Of a stretch of 64,000 nucleotides of DNA, positions 40,791 through 56,700 are shown piece after piece. The DNA comes from Chrysomallon squamiferum (lineage: Eukaryota; Animalia; Mollusca), in NCBI GenBank assembly GCA_012295275.1, contig CM022671.1:15376001-15440000 (forward strand), written 5' to 3'. A program made the position numbers and the translations under genes. The notes beneath the pieces were generated by a model. It was not told the DNA's origin. It ran no database searches and saw only the letters and a list, made by a program, of their open reading frames with translations. How positions within the stretch are numbered: position 1 is the stretch's first letter; each line of letters begins with the position of its first letter.

Positions 40791-42140
40791 TAATAATAAT
40801 AATAATAATAATTAAACTAAAAACAAATAAAAAAATCAAAAAATCTGTAAGGCTTGTTTTATTTGATTCTCAGTTTGTTATTTTCTAAAGCTAGCATTCT
40901 TAATTATCTTGTCTTAATTATCTTGTGATATGCTGATCATGAAACAGATTTAAGATTCAGTAATAAAATATAATCAGTAAACATTTTCACTACACATTTC
41001 TAATAATTTTTAGTTTTGTTTATGTTTAGAGACTATATAATGATTAGATATATATTTTTGGGATGAAATTTTAGAAATGTATCACCATCAGTATCAGAAT
41101 TTAATTGATCTGAATTATCAAAGAAAAATGTTGTGCATTCATAGTTAACTTGAAAAACCAAATATATGACATAGTCTCAGTCAGATGTACAATTACACAT
41201 TTAACAGTACACAACTAAATAAAGCTGTTTCAGTTTAAATGTATTTTATTAAATATATTTATATATTTTTACATCCCACATGGAGTGTAAATTAAACACA
41301 CATTATTTCATTTTATTACTTATGCAAATGTGATGAAATATTCTTGACAAAGATTTAGTACAGAACATATCTAATCCAGGTAAAAACTGGTGTAAATTGA
41401 TACTGTTACATATTGTTTGTCAGAAATGACAAAAAACAGAAAGAAATCATCCAGACTTTAATATGATACATACTGTCATGAACTAATTCTTCAAAATAAC
41501 AGAATGTTTAAAATCTACTTTTATTAAATCCATTACTGTCATTAGGTATTATAATTCCAAATGATATCATAATTAATTTATGATTCTTGAAAATAACTTA
41601 AAAGTACTAAAATTCAGCAGGACAAAATTTTATAAAACTGATGATTTATTTATCACTATTAATGCAGTTAAATGAGTTGCTTAACACTGAATCTGTGAAA
41701 CTGCCATAAGATAAAATATCTGACACTGATAAATTATTTTGTAGGCACTAAATGATGATTTCTTATAATGTTCAAAATTAACTTTATACGAAAATCAACC
41801 ACCAACAAAATAATAATAAAATAAATAAAGAACAAGAGGACATATTACAATCAAATGTTTAACATTGGCAACAGATGATCTTTTTGACATCCAAAGTAAT
41901 TATGACATTGATATCACAGCTGTTAGAAAAATACAAAATCTCTGTAGTGTTACAGTTTCAGACAGGTGCACCATTTTTAAAAATGAGTACTTTGAAAGTC
42001 AGGTCTTCAAGTCCCTGAAGGAAAAAAAACTGATAAGGAAAACAATCAGCTTATAGTCTCTATTCTCTCCTCCACCTCTCAGTTTCACAGATCTTAATGT
42101 ACTCTTGGTTTCTAAACATTTCTGTCACTGTCCTCGAGTT

Positions 42141-44934
42141 TCAAAGAATTTTCTTTGGCCTGTACAGTAAATCATCTTCCACCACAGTTCTGCGATTGGC
42201 TTTAGGTCTTTTCTGATACTGGTCGGGATTATCCAGTCTACTGGATTCCACACTGTTGGGTCGAGCTTCAACATTAGTTTCAATGCTACTGAGAACAGTC
42301 TGGGCTTCAGGACTTGTACTGTGGACGTCTCCACTTATAATTTCTTGTATACAACGCATCATGTCTTTCACTTTTTCAAGCTGTCCAACAGTCTACAGAA
42401 AAATAAAAATGTACTGTTTTTTATGAAATACTCATGTTATTAGTGATATAGAGCAGTTAGAATTCATGAAATGGACTGCAAAAAGGACTATTTTTACCCA
42501 TAGAACAGACTAACATCTAATAAATGGATCCAAAATATCAGTTATACCATTTCAAATATAGACGTGTTTCACAAGCATAGCCTTTCTGTTCCATTGTTCA
42601 TCTTGGTTAACTCCCTTGCCGGTAATCTAATAGTGCTTGTTAAAGTTGAGTATTTGACTTACAGTTCATTTAAAAAGAACTGATGAGCATTTGAAATGTT
42701 TTCTTAGATATCAGTAATGGTCGAAATTGATTTTCTGGTTCAGTTTCAGGAATTCTACACATTGGTGATGTATGTGGTTGTTATATATTTTACACACTAG
42801 AGAAAATTCTGTTTCACATTTATATCAACAATGTAATGTTTTCTGTTTGTATGTTGATTTCACAGTGAGGAATAATCATACCAAGAAATTTCAAAAATAT
42901 ATTAAAATTATAATAATATAAATACAAAAATAGAAAGAAAAAAAAATATAATAATAATAATAATAATGATAATAAAAAGTAAATCAAAACAAAATAGTGC
43001 TCTCTCTGATAAAACAAGTAGTCACCTGTTCTTCCAGTATTATGAACAGTTCCCCTGTGTCAGGATCTTTCTCAACAACCTGTTTCAGAAGATCACTGAT
43101 GTAACTACCAAAACTATCAACAGCCATGGAAATGCGCCACTCACACACAGTGAGAATTTTTTGATGGAATGCCATTGTCATCCTACTCAAAATTTTCATA
43201 TCAAGTGGCTCCTGTAAATAAATATTCATAATAACATGAAACAACTGGACAGATTTGAAATACTGAACAATTTGTTGGAGAATAAATTTTTAAAATCAAT
43301 CTAAAAAAAAAAAATAGCAATGTCAACCTTAGACAACAAGTAAATGATGAAACTTAACTTGCTTATTATTTTGCTTTTAACGTATGGAATGTTTTAAGTT
43401 TTCTCTTTCAGAAATGATCATAAACAGATAACTGTTATATTATGATAATATCATTAAATAATTTCTCCTAAATTCATAATGAAAACATAAAAAGGAAAAA
43501 AATAAATAAAAGTTGAAAGAAAATTTCCATTGATGGTATTTCCAAATAAACTTTTTTTTTTTTTAGAATACTATCTTATTACCCTGCAACAAATATATAG
43601 GTAATTCTTTTTTTCTTCACAAAATGATGGTACATTTTAATATAATTTTGTTTTATAACAAAATATCTTTTAAAAAAAAAAAAACCACCCTGTTTTTAAT
43701 TTAATGCATTGTTTTATAAAGAATGGTTTCTAAAATCAAACATACATTATTTCCTGATGTTATTACACTTTGTTGCTGGTGTTCTAGTTCCAGCCACTTG
43801 GAATATTCGAGTGCAAAGGTTACCAGATCCTGCAGGGAGGTTATCAGAAAACAGACGTACTCTGCCTGACCTGCCATGCTGTGAAGCATTTTCCACGATT
43901 CAACCAGCTGTTTGTGTTCCTCCTTTCAAAAAACAAATAAACAATGACATTGATGAAAAAATAAAATTGTTATTATCATGTTTATTTTGTATTCAAAAAA
44001 CCCCCAACAATGCTCAGTAATAAAATGAAGAACAAATAACTACAACTATATTATTTATTTCCGAAGTTGAGTAATCTAGGATGTGAACTTATCATTTTTA
44101 ATTTATAATTATCAGAAGTACATCAGTGTAAAGAACAAAGAAATAAATGTACAAACAGAATATATATATATATTTAAAAAAAATTTACATGATAATTTTT
44201 AAATCACTGGAAAGTATGACGTACCATTTCTGAGTTTTATTTTATTATTATAATTTTTAAATACTTTTATTTTCTCAATCTGAGGAATATGTATATCCAT
44301 ATAGACCTGTTTCATCAGAGCTCTGACCAGAAGCTGTCTGTGTACAGTCAACCACTGACATTTTTCTGCTGCTGTCAAGAGTTCCTGGTCCAACATAATC
44401 TGTGCTGCTTTTACATTTGGAACACTCAGTGGATTGCCACTTCGTAATCCACAGTTCTGGTAATGAAATGCAGCCTGAATGAAAAAAGATCAATTAAAAA
44501 AAGTTTTAAATTACATGCTATTAGATGTCATAGCTGTTTTTATCTACAACAATTCTGATAATGAATATCATATATCTAAATCTGAAATTACTGTATAGAA
44601 ATTTTAACATTTATTGTGGCACAATAATAAAAAAAAAACACAAAAAAAAAAACATTTATTTACATTAGTAGTGACCATTAGTGTGGCCATTTCTGTAATA
44701 TTTTTGAGATGTAAGACTGTCACAAATCATTTGTGTTGAATGATATACAGCAAATGTAATAATCATAAGGTTAAACATTCATACCCTTTCCTTTGAAAGA
44801 AAAACACTTTGGTAGTAAGCCTGTGGATTGTCAGGAAAATACTGTTCTTTTCTGAATAAAAAGAAAACATCTGAATTGGACAACTGAAAAAAAACCTGCC
44901 AGAATGGATTGTATCTTTAATTTAATTTAATTTA

Positions 44935-44989
<55 letters not shown>

Positions 44990-47702
44990 GTAGTAGTGGT
45001 TGTAATAATAATAACAATAAAAGCAACAACAATGACAATAATAAACTAATGAAAAGGAGAAGGAAATACAGTTATATTTAAAATTAATTAACAGTTTAAA
45101 CATGAATTAAATTTTTGACATCACGTCAAAGGGGACATGGCAGCATATTTTAAATATTTTAGGATTACATTTAAAAATTTAAACACTGCAATGAAAACAG
45201 TGAAATATTTACATGAACCCATCATCTGTCAGGAAATGTAGGAGGAAATATTTTTTGACAGCAACATATCTCCATCCTTCCATCAAAACGTAAGTCTGAA
45301 AAGAGTTTTAGTATATATATATATATATATATATATTTATTAACAAATGATAATCTACACTGGTTTTCAAAGAAAAAATATATTTGTGTACATATAGTAC
45401 TCAAAAACACACCAACACACACACACTCACACAAATAACACACATATACAAACTCCAAACAAACACAAACGGATTTTCTTCCTGATGTATATTAATAATA
45501 ATTATTCTACGTAAGATAAATTAAAATGGTATGGAAATGTAAAAGAGTATGATAATTGGCAAATCAAGTCTGGAAGTACTTGGGAATTTTCTTTAAACAT
45601 TGTGAAAACCACTTTAGAACCAATTTAAATGTTAAAATGAAATACAAAGTTCCAGACGTCTGCGTGCTAATAGTAATGTTAGAATTTTAGCTCAACATTA
45701 ACTGGACATAAAGAGACAGCTATAATCTTCTGTACACACTTCTTTTAGCCTGTTCTTCAGATTTTTAGAAAAAGTTTGACTGTTCCTGGTTACACACCTT
45801 TCTGCTGAGGCATGTACTTGTCCAAACACAAGAGAAAAAAAAATGTGACAATTTTTCACTGATGTAAGGAGAGTGTGTTATTAAGCTTATATTATTTATG
45901 ATACGAGTGGTATGCAGGAATTGTGTTTTCTGTATGCAGGAATTGTGATGATTCCAAGTCATCTAGTATTTGCTTTTGCTGTTGCAGACATCTGAATCTG
46001 ACTACAGTCTGGTGATAATAATCTACAAAGTTTCTGTGATGCTACTGTGTTTGCAAACTGCCATTCATAGGGTTAAAGTTTAAATAGCAACCAAACAAGA
46101 GAATTCAGAAACTGCATGAATTTCTTCTGTCATCTGATATTTATAAATTATAGAATGCAGCAGCCGTGAGATGAATGTTTAACTGACTGTTAATATACAC
46201 ACCTTAAAATAGATTGGTTCTTTACGAGAACAGACCATTTGAAACTCGTTAGTGAATGACTGCTGCTGATTCAAAATGTCCTCCCATGTCCAGCGTGTTT
46301 GTTCTTCTCCCATGTAGACCCCCATCATTGGGTAGGCGTTTTTCTTAATCAGGTCAACAACATGTGTATAAACTGGAAATATTAACAACAGATTCTTTAA
46401 ATTACGTTCATATATTTTAACAGAAACAAAATATTTTTTTACATCACTACTAAATGGCAGAATGTCAGTGTCATTCTTGATGCTGTAAAAAATAATATTC
46501 TGTTTGTCCATTTATAAAATTAATGTCATTAATTTAAAAACAAAAATCTAAAAAAAAAAAAAGATTTAAAAAACATCTATATATCATATTTATAATCATG
46601 GACAGTATTTTTCTTGAATATAATGTCATAATTAATCAAAGCCTTTCAAGTATCTGAAATGATCTGTTATATAATTTTGTTTTTATTCTGATAAGTAATT
46701 ACTGGAAATACCTATTTCTGAAAACAGCCTCTGCACGTCTCTTTCATATCCACTGGGTCCCTGTATGTAGTAATGTTCATGAAGTTCCACTTCATTCAGG
46801 TATGGCTGCACTTTACCATACAGAACTGCCTGCCCTACTATTGCCAAGCATAGCCCCACCTAAATAAAATACATAAGTTTATAGTGATAACATTATTAAA
46901 TAAAGATTTCTATAGAAGCTTGTTACACTTACCTGTGAAACATTTCTATAATGGCTAGTCACAGTAACTTTTGTTATTATATTTTCTTATCATTCTGATT
47001 ATTGCAAGGATAAAACTTTGATTTATTGTCAAACTTCGGTTCATTCTATTTTTGTACTTTGGTTAAACTGAATTTACATCCCTCAGAAAGACAATTAACA
47101 TCAAGTACATGCAAAAATACCATGCAGAGAAATGAACAACTGAAAAACGTACTCTAAATGGTCCTTTCCGCTGTATATAGTTTCTCAGTTCAAAATGTTC
47201 TTGCACCATCTGAACTACGGCTACATACGATCCAACATCTATCACTGACAAGATGCTCTCTGTTCCTATAAGAATAAAAAATATTGTCATGAAGAATATT
47301 TATCAAAGCATATTATGTTAAAGAAGTTTTTGAAAAAATTTGTTATTTTAAACTAAGAATTATTTATACATGAATATTTTAGAAACACTGTTTGTTCTTA
47401 CTCTTTAAAATTACAGCACCATCATTTGTAATTGAAATACTACATTAATAAATTAATGATATTAACTTTAATAAGACAAATAAGAATAAAAATATAACAG
47501 GAAAAGGGAACTGGGGAGGAAAACTGAAATAATGCGTATAATTATGACTTAAAAGTTATGTGACAGATTGATATAAAATAAAGTAAAATATTAGAAAACA
47601 GTTATGATTTTGTAACTTCATAACAACTGTGTATTTTGTTCCTGGTATCTTTTAAAAATTTAATAATTCAAATTCTGTAAATTTGTTTCTTGATTGGCTA
47701 TG

Positions 47703-47739
<37 letters not shown>

Positions 47740-50700
47740 GTCTTCACGGCAACCACTAGGAAGAACTTAATTTATTGTATATACTTTAATAATTTTTTTA
47801 ACTTTCAGAATTCTGATGCAATTTTTTTCTAACAAACAGAAAAGAAACCAGATAAAGTGAAGTTGAAAGACAGTATGGCATTGTCCTTTGGATTCACTTA
47901 TTTTAATTTTACTTGTAATTTAATGGTTACACTGCAAGGGCAGATCCAAATTTTACCCTTGAAGACAAAATAGGCTTCATTATTCAATGAAATAAAACTG
48001 AAGCCCATTTGTACAAAGGATTTTGGAGACTGAAACACTCTCTGCAAATATAATTTTTTTTCTTCTTTTTTCCTTTATTTAAAGGATAATTTCTTAGGCA
48101 GTATTACTCAAACATTGTAGAATTTAATTTGCTGAAAAGCTAGTGTTTTCTTGTGTTAATCAGATGACCTTTGTCACGCCTGAGGTTGATTCAAACATGA
48201 CCGAAGAATTCCAATAGGGGTCTTGGGTTTCTTCTTTTAGCATGTGTACACACTACTGCATGGTACTTTTTATGGTACCAGCAAACCTGAATAATCTGTA
48301 AATCAATGTAAATCTAATGCTACTGTTAAATGAGGATAAAAGCCAGAATTGTTGAAAACCTTATGGTTGGTAAAGATTATCCAAACAACGATATATACCT
48401 CTCTCTGGTGGAAAACCAGCAACATCCATCCAAGGTAAAAGGTAAAAGAAATTCTTCAGGAGACAGTGGATCCCTTAGAAATGGATTACAACTTTAGTGG
48501 TGCATGAAAAATATGTCAGAAGAGCTTTAAGAGCCTGATGCTTTATCAGGTTATTAATGGAAAGAACAAATACATTTATGTCAGGATTCCATACTGGGTG
48601 ATTCAGTAAAATAGCTTTATCAACAATAATCCTTATTTTCACTGCTTTGCCACAACTGCTATGTTTAAAAACAGGCATGGAACTGACAAAAAATGGTTTT
48701 GAAGGAAAATTTGCATCAGGATTTGGCAGCAGTGTCCCCTTTAGCTATTGAGTGCAGAAGATTTTATGTGCATTTTAAAGCTTCTCCTAATAGACAGATT
48801 ATAGCTTTTAGTGCTAATATTTAAATCTACAATCAAATGAACCAGAATACAGGGGGTGCTGATGGGATTTGAATGACAAGGGGATGGGAATTATAATAAA
48901 TGGTTTTCTGTTGTGTGAAATTTAATAAATTGTCATATACAAAAACATAATGGTCATTTAATTAGAAGATTCAAGTTTTTGAATTCATGGACAGATGAAT
49001 TATATCTGTAGTTTCAATTAAAAATATAATTGATTAAATAATAGTTTACAGATTTTGGGTTGTTTGTTAATAATGTGAAAATCTACCAAAGCCATCACAA
49101 GCAGGAATCTGGTATATGTAGTTTTCTGAATCGACCATCTCAGGTTTGACTGTCAAAATGTGTTTCTCAGTTTCTGAAGCATTTTCATAACAAAGATCCA
49201 TCCTGAAAATACAGACAAACCTTTGATAACATTACAATACCATTTTCACATATTAAAATATCTGACAAAATATGTACTGAGCATGAAAATCCTATTACCA
49301 CATTTCAAGAATCATCAGTTCTAAAATCCCAGTAGTATAAACATCTCTAATAGTGGTATTTTTAAAGTTATTTTATCATTTTGTTACTTTATTTTCAGAT
49401 TTGAGATTAAAATTATCTTTAATAAGTGTAAGAAAAAGATTGCTGTTTCATTAGCATTTGCTAACCATACAATCAGTGGTGGAATTGAAAACATTTAACA
49501 ATAGGTTCTTTCACTAACAGCAAGTCAGACTGGCATTCAGAGGACTAAAGTGAAATTATTAATTGTATTTATTTTCCAAAATTAAAAACAAATGTCTGTA
49601 ACATGTCTAACAGTGAGGAGTGACTTATGGAAGCCAATAAACTGCACTGCTAAACACTGGTTTGTCAAATTCAAAGAACACGATTGTACAAACTGCTGAA
49701 TCCTACTGTTACATACAAAACTGAGAAAAATTTCTATTTAAGCTATGAATAACCTAATTCAGAAATAGCAAATGATTTAGTTGTTTCCTTTCTGCTAGCT
49801 ATATAAACCTATTTATCTCAATACATACTTGACTGCACTCTGTCGGAGTCTGGTGATCAGTCTTGGGTAAGGATTGGGAGGCAGATACTGGTTCATAAAC
49901 AGCTCAACTAGAAAATTGTACCACACCTCGTCCAAGTGAGTGTCTAACAAATACTGTAAATAAAATTATCTATCTCAGTTAAAACTGTACCACACCTCAC
50001 CCAAGTGAGTGTCTAATACTGTAAATAAAATTAGACATCTCAGTTAAAACTGTACCACACCTCATCCAAGTGAGTGTCTAACAAATACTGTAAATAAAAT
50101 TATCTATATCAGTTAAAACTGTACCACACCTCATCCAAGTGAGTGTCTAATACTGTAAATAAAATTATCTATATCAGTTAAAACTGTACCACACCTCATC
50201 CAAGTGAGTGTCTAATACTGTAAATAAAATTATCTATATCAGTTAAACCTGTAAAATCCAAGTGATCTATCTGTAAATAAAATTATCTATCTCAGTTAAA
50301 ACTGTACCACACCTCATCCAAGTGTATGCCTAATACTGTAAATAAAATTAGACATCTCAGTTAAAACTGTACCACACTTCATCTAAGTGAGTGTCTAATA
50401 CTGTAAATAAAATTATCTCAGTTAAAACTGTATCATCTGAGTGTCTAATCTCAGTTAAAACTGTACCATACCTCATCCAAGTGAGTGTCTAATACTGTAA
50501 ATAAAAGTATCTATCTCAGTTAAAACTGTACCACACCTCATCCAAGTGAGTGTCTAATACTGTAAATAAAATTATCTATATCAGTTAAACCTGTACCACA
50601 CCTCATCCAAGTGAGTGTCTAATACTGTAAATAAAATTATCTCAGTTAAAACTGTACCATACCTCATCCAAGTGAGTGTCTAATACTGTAAATAAAATTA

Positions 50701-53700
50701 TCTATCTCAGTTAAAACTGTACCACACCTCATCCAAGTGTATGCCTAATACTGTAAATAAAATTAGACATCTCAGTTAAAACTGTACCACACTTCATCTA
50801 AGTGAGTGTCTAATACTGTAAATAAAATTATCTCAGTTAAAACTGTACCACACCTCATCTGAGTGTCTAATACTGTAAATAAAATTATCTCAGTTAAAAC
50901 TGTACCATACCTCATCCAAGTGAGTGTCTAATACTGTAAATAAAATTATCTATCTCAGTTAAAACTGTACCACACCTCATCCAAGTTTCTAATACTGTAA
51001 ATAAAATGATCTATATCAGTTAAAACTGTACCACACCTCGTCTAAGTGAGTGTCTAACAAATACTGTAAATAAAATTATCTATATCAGTTAAAACTGTAC
51101 CACACCTCACCTAAGTGAGTGTCTAACAAATACTGTAAATAAAATTAGACATCTCAGTTAAAACTGTACCACACCTCATCCAAGTGAGTGTCTAATACTG
51201 TAAATAAAATGATCTATCTCAGTTAAAACTGTACCTAACTTCACCCAAGTGAGTGTCTAACAAATATTGTAAATAAAATTAGACATCATAATTAAAACTG
51301 TATGGAGAAATAACACCAGTCTAAAATATATATAAGTTTTATTTTTTATTATTCATTTATAATTTTGGTAAAACTGGACATATAACTGAAGTGAAGAAAA
51401 CACATTTAGAATAAATAGCAGCATTACAGCTAAATCTCATTTATTTTTAAAGTAAAATAATACCTTCATAAATACAGATTCAACTGATATCAATTTTGGT
51501 GATGTGTCCCTCTCAATACATTTCTGTATATTGAGAACTGCAATAATAAATATAAGCAATTAATCAGAGTAAACAATTACTGTAATGAAGCAAAACCAAA
51601 AATGAAAAATAACAATCAAAGAAAAGAAAAACAATTGAGGAAAAAATCTATGCACTTATAGAGATCTAAATATTTATTTTAAATGTTTGAGATTAAATTA
51701 TATATTTTGTTGGTCCATAAAAAAAAAAAAATAATAATACCTTGCCATGATTTGACTTGTTTCTAATTGATAAACTAAAAATAAAATATATATTTTTAAT
51801 TATAATTTATGTTTATAGGGGTAAAAAAGAATCCTCCAAAATCTGCTAGAACACAGAGTTATCATATTAACATGTGCTTCAAGCTGAAAAAGCTCTCGTG
51901 TTTGTTGATTAAGTATCAATTTAATAAAGATTAATGGAACAGAACTAAACATTCATATCAGACTAGATTGTTCCACTAAGGTTTCAGTGGTTTGCTTTAT
52001 CAATCCCTGAACTGACAGAGAAATCCACATAGTCCATGATTTATGTTATTTATGAAGTTTGTTTATTTGTTAATAATTACAGAACACATAACTTAAATAT
52101 GAAAATATAATTTACCCATATCCTCATGAGACATGATGTGCTGTACTTCTTTTCCATGTCTGAAAACTGTGCTTGCTTCTGAATATCTTAATCCAGTCTA
52201 ACAAAATAAAAGCACAATTACTCTAACCATAGAACTAATCTTACACTGATTATTACAATGAAATTTCTCTATTAGATCAGGCTTTAAATCCAAAGTGTGC
52301 GTTTAACAAATTTTCTGCAAGTTGATCAATGAAGCAAACCAAAAAAAAACCTGGGTATATGAGGGAAAAACATTTAAAATTTATACTGGTATCAGTATGA
52401 AAAAAAGAATCATTGTATACCTTCTTTTTGTCAGTTCGTTTGGTTAGCTTTGTCTTCTGTCTTTTTATATCTTCTGAGAAAGGTTTCATGCATTTTCATG
52501 AGAAGTTCCTGTATTGAACAAAATTAAATACAAAATAATTGTTGTAAAGCACACTGTTAATCAGTGATAAAATATTAGAAAATAAAAAACAATTTCTACC
52601 TGGAGCCTTGGACACCACTTGACTGAGTCTTCAGCAAGCTGAATCAGCAGTGTGACACAGTAATTATCTATACTTCTCAGTGTCCGCACTATCTGGCAAA
52701 TAAATAAACAAATTAAAAATATAGTATACACACCACAGTCACAGATGCACTTATGTATATATGTGTGTGTGTGTGTCTGTGTGTGTGTGTGTGATAAACA
52801 CAAATAACACAGACATATCTATTCACAAATATGTACATTTTATACACACACCCATCTGCAAAACAAACACAAACACATATATATATACAGAGATAAGCAA
52901 CACACACAAACACACATGCAGTGGAAAATGATGAATATAATCTGAAAACTAGTTTCAGTGGAATTAAAGTGTGACATTACTATTAGTGTCAGTATCGAAA
53001 CAGGTTTTGACTTTATGCACACTTCAACTGAAAATAAATGTCATAAACTTTCCTATGTTTTAGCTTCCTTGCTCATTTTAATGAAATTAACACACAGAAC
53101 AAACAGACAACATGCAGGAGCAGCTATGTAAATTATTATTTACAAACAAACAATTTTGCATTAAATGTAGACTATGAAACCAAATACAATTAATTATTAA
53201 TTAAAAACAGTCAACTTTGTTTTAAATGAGTCATGTAGATAGCCAGTAACAAACGATTAATTAATAGCAAAAAGTATGCATTGTGTCAAAACAAAAGTAT
53301 GATGTGGTTACTTGTTGAAGATGATTAGATGAACCAAATTCAAAGTCGCTTGGTGACAGAAGTTCATTTATGAGACCACAAATTCCTTGTCCTGCTGTTG
53401 TAAGGTCACTGCTTCTCTCCTGTCTGTGAAATAAAGTTATTTTCACTTACAAAAAATATTTAACTTTTCATTTCAAATACACATGTATCCTAAAATATCT
53501 ATACAAAATCTACCCGATGAACAAAGAAACTATTAAATATAGTTTTTATGAAGAAATAAAAATAAGCATACACAGATATACAATCCCATAAATTACAAAA
53601 CAAAACAGTGAAAACAATACAATTGAAATAAATAGAATAACTAGCAGTAGATTATAGTGTATTCAGTATTGCTGTGGTTGTGTTTTTGCAAACTGTTTGT

Positions 53701-56700
53701 TATTTGAGCTATATACCCTGTACTACTCTACACCAGCTGCTGATGTGAATAAGCAACAAAAATTTGAATGACACACATACAGAGACATGTTCAAACACAA
53801 ACACCCCACCTCTTACAAAAAAACACACACACACACATGTACGTATGTGTATATTATACATTCACATACAAACTCAGAGACAGAAAATATACATACACAG
53901 ACACACATCCAAACACAAACACTGAATACACAGATATATACAAATATAAATCTAAAAATATACACACACATGCATCACACAGAGTTTAGTACTTACAGAC
54001 TGTTTGCAAACAGTTCTTCAGCGTCTCTTTTTAAACCTCCTAACAGATGACGAATAAAATAAATATCATCAGTCTAAAATAAAAACAAAAAAAAGAAACC
54101 CATTAATTATCATGAACAGCTTATTTGGTGTAAAATTAAAAAAAGGTCTTATATTACTGAATGAAAATGAATACACATTTTTCATTTTATCCTCTGCAAA
54201 AATATAATACCATTTTATATGTGTGATTTATTTTATATTTAAATTTCATTTTCATTTGCACTATCAAAATGGATATGTTTACAAACATTCATTGTAAGAA
54301 ATGTTTCTAGACATTTAGGAATTATTGCATTTGTAATGTTGCATTTGTAATGTTACTAATTAATGAAACAGACCAAAGTTGTTCAGCTTTTAATTTAATC
54401 AAAGAAATAAAAAAAATAAAAAATAACTTGGGATGAAAGAAAATAGAAAGTACAAAATAAATGTTAAAAAAGATGATTAAAAACAGTAATAATAATAATG
54501 ATGATTATGGTGATGATGATAATGAATAACAAATAATTTAGTGACTGTTACTTAAATAAAAATCTTACATCTGCAAATCCTCTCATAAAAGCGCGGATGG
54601 CTTTGTTGTGGTCCATTAACTGCTGCAGTCTGCCCACAGTGCTGTGAAGCAACCGGAAGATCTCATGTAGAATTTCCTTTGCATATGAAGTTCTGCAAAA
54701 AAAAAATGAGGTAAAAAGAAATGGTATTCTAAGATGCTATGATGGTAATAAGAATATTTTTCAAGAGTTAAATCCAAAAGTTGATATAAGATTATCAAGT
54801 TCTTTAATGTAAGAATTCTATATATATTCTAAGATGCTATGATGGTAATAAGATTATTTTTCAAGAGTTAAATCCAAAAGTTGATATAAGATTATCAAGT
54901 TCTTTAATGTAAGAATTCTATATATATCTTCAATAATGTATGTTTGTTATTACATCTCTGAAATGTGTAATTATGAATGCTGACAAAACTACTTTAAAAA
55001 AGAAAACCTACTGTTTATAAAAAAATAGAAGTAAAACTGTTTTTGTACCTCTCCATTAATACAAGCAAAATAGAATTGTAGATAATTTCAAACAATTCCA
55101 CTTGAGGATGGTGTGCTGCCATTTCTGTCTGCAAATGACCCCTAGAAAAGATAATAATAATTTAATACTGTATTCAAGCCATTAAGTTATATAAAATATA
55201 ATCTTACTCAGAAAATGAGATATGTATTTTCAAAATAATGACTGAAAGTAAATATCATTGGTTAAAATACTCAGATGAAAATAATAGTTCTTACTTGAAT
55301 GGAGCAACAATCTGCCAGGCAAAAGGTCCAAATCCAGGATCATTTCCCAATTTAAAACCATCAATACGAACTTTTCTCGGTCTGAAGTGTTCCAAACGTC
55401 CATGTACGTGAATGTGAATGCTGTGTCTGTCTGTTTCAATTATTGAACTTCTTCGATTTGTGCCATAATTTGCATCTGTATTACAAATCATAGAAAACTG
55501 TTAGATTATTCATTTTCATTTCTATTTCTGTTGTTGTTATTTGTGTATGTTTATGTTTTGTCTATTTTTGAGTGTGTATATGTGTAATGTTTGTAAACAC
55601 TTGCATGCATGTGGGAATATATCCATGTTTTTGCATGCACATGTATGTTTATGGATATGTAATGAAATGATATTAAAGGTAAGTTTTCTTATCATAAATT
55701 ATTTGAATTCATACTTGGTCTGCCTTTTGAAGTCTGTATGTTCTGGGTGTCTATGTTTGCTAACTGGGGCATGAACATAAGAAGATATGCCTCTGCATGG
55801 GATTGATTCAGGAAGACTCCTTCATGAAGTGTCGACATGGGAAATTCTGTAAAAGGCCACAAACTGAAAGAATAAATAACCGACAATGGTTAATTATTTC
55901 TATGACAATTTTTTTTCAGCTATCTGTTATTCAAAATAACAACTATTTACCTATATGATACTGAGAATTTATGAATATTTATTTTTAATTTTTTTTTGTT
56001 TTCTAATTTCAATGCTGTTACATTTTAGATTCCACATTTTTTTTTTTTCTAAATTGTATTTATCTACATACCCTCCTTCATGCATGGCATCAATTAGCTG
56101 AATAAAACTCATTCCATATTGTTTTCGACCTCTCACGTAAACAGGCTGTGCTGGGTTCAGTTGAAAGATACACTGAATAAATCAATCAAACACAAGTTGA
56201 GTAGCACATATTTAACATCAGTTAATACAGTGAAACCCTTCTGAATTGGACATCCGACATCCACTGTACCAAGTAAAATGTCTTGTTGACATGAACACCA
56301 GATACTCTCCACCAAACAGAGAAAGTGATGAAGTGTTTAAAAACAACAATGAAATGTTGAAAAAAAAAAGAAAAAAAAAAAAAAAAAAAAAAATAAATGA
56401 AAAAAAAAAAAAAATAATAATAATAATTAAACCCAAAAATCTGTGCATTTATAAGCATTTAGAAAAAGAAAAAGTGTTGAACATATCAATAATTCTGAAC
56501 AAGAAATTTATCAAAAACTTAACATGTCTTTTAAATGTTGATAACATCACAAACAGGTTATCTAGCTAGAATAAAATTTAAAGTAATTAGTAATACCATA
56601 TTCACTGACATCAGTTTTCCGAGATTAGTTTGTAACTAAACAAAATAACAGAACCCAACCATTTGTCTCTTGTTCAGTTTAGAGGTGGTTTGCAATATAA

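Noticed and set aside
41218-41250. Opposed AATAAA signals suggesting overlapping 3' ends of the convergent genes
   Set aside because: AATAAA is very frequent in this AT-rich DNA, so it cannot be assigned without 3'-end data.
45944-46003. C/D box snoRNA-like GTGATGA...CTGA
   Set aside because: It is antisense to the host intron, with no convincing terminal stem or recognisable guide sequence.
48150-48750. Higher-complexity intronic stretch that looks like decayed coding sequence (also 45650-46170)
   Set aside because: The frames examined are interrupted by stops, no family motif could be identified with confidence, and it is not needed for the host gene frame.
49912-51301. CRISPR-like appearance of the ~65-bp array
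   Set aside because: There are no unique spacers and no cas genes, and the context is a eukaryotic intron. It is a head-to-tail minisatellite.
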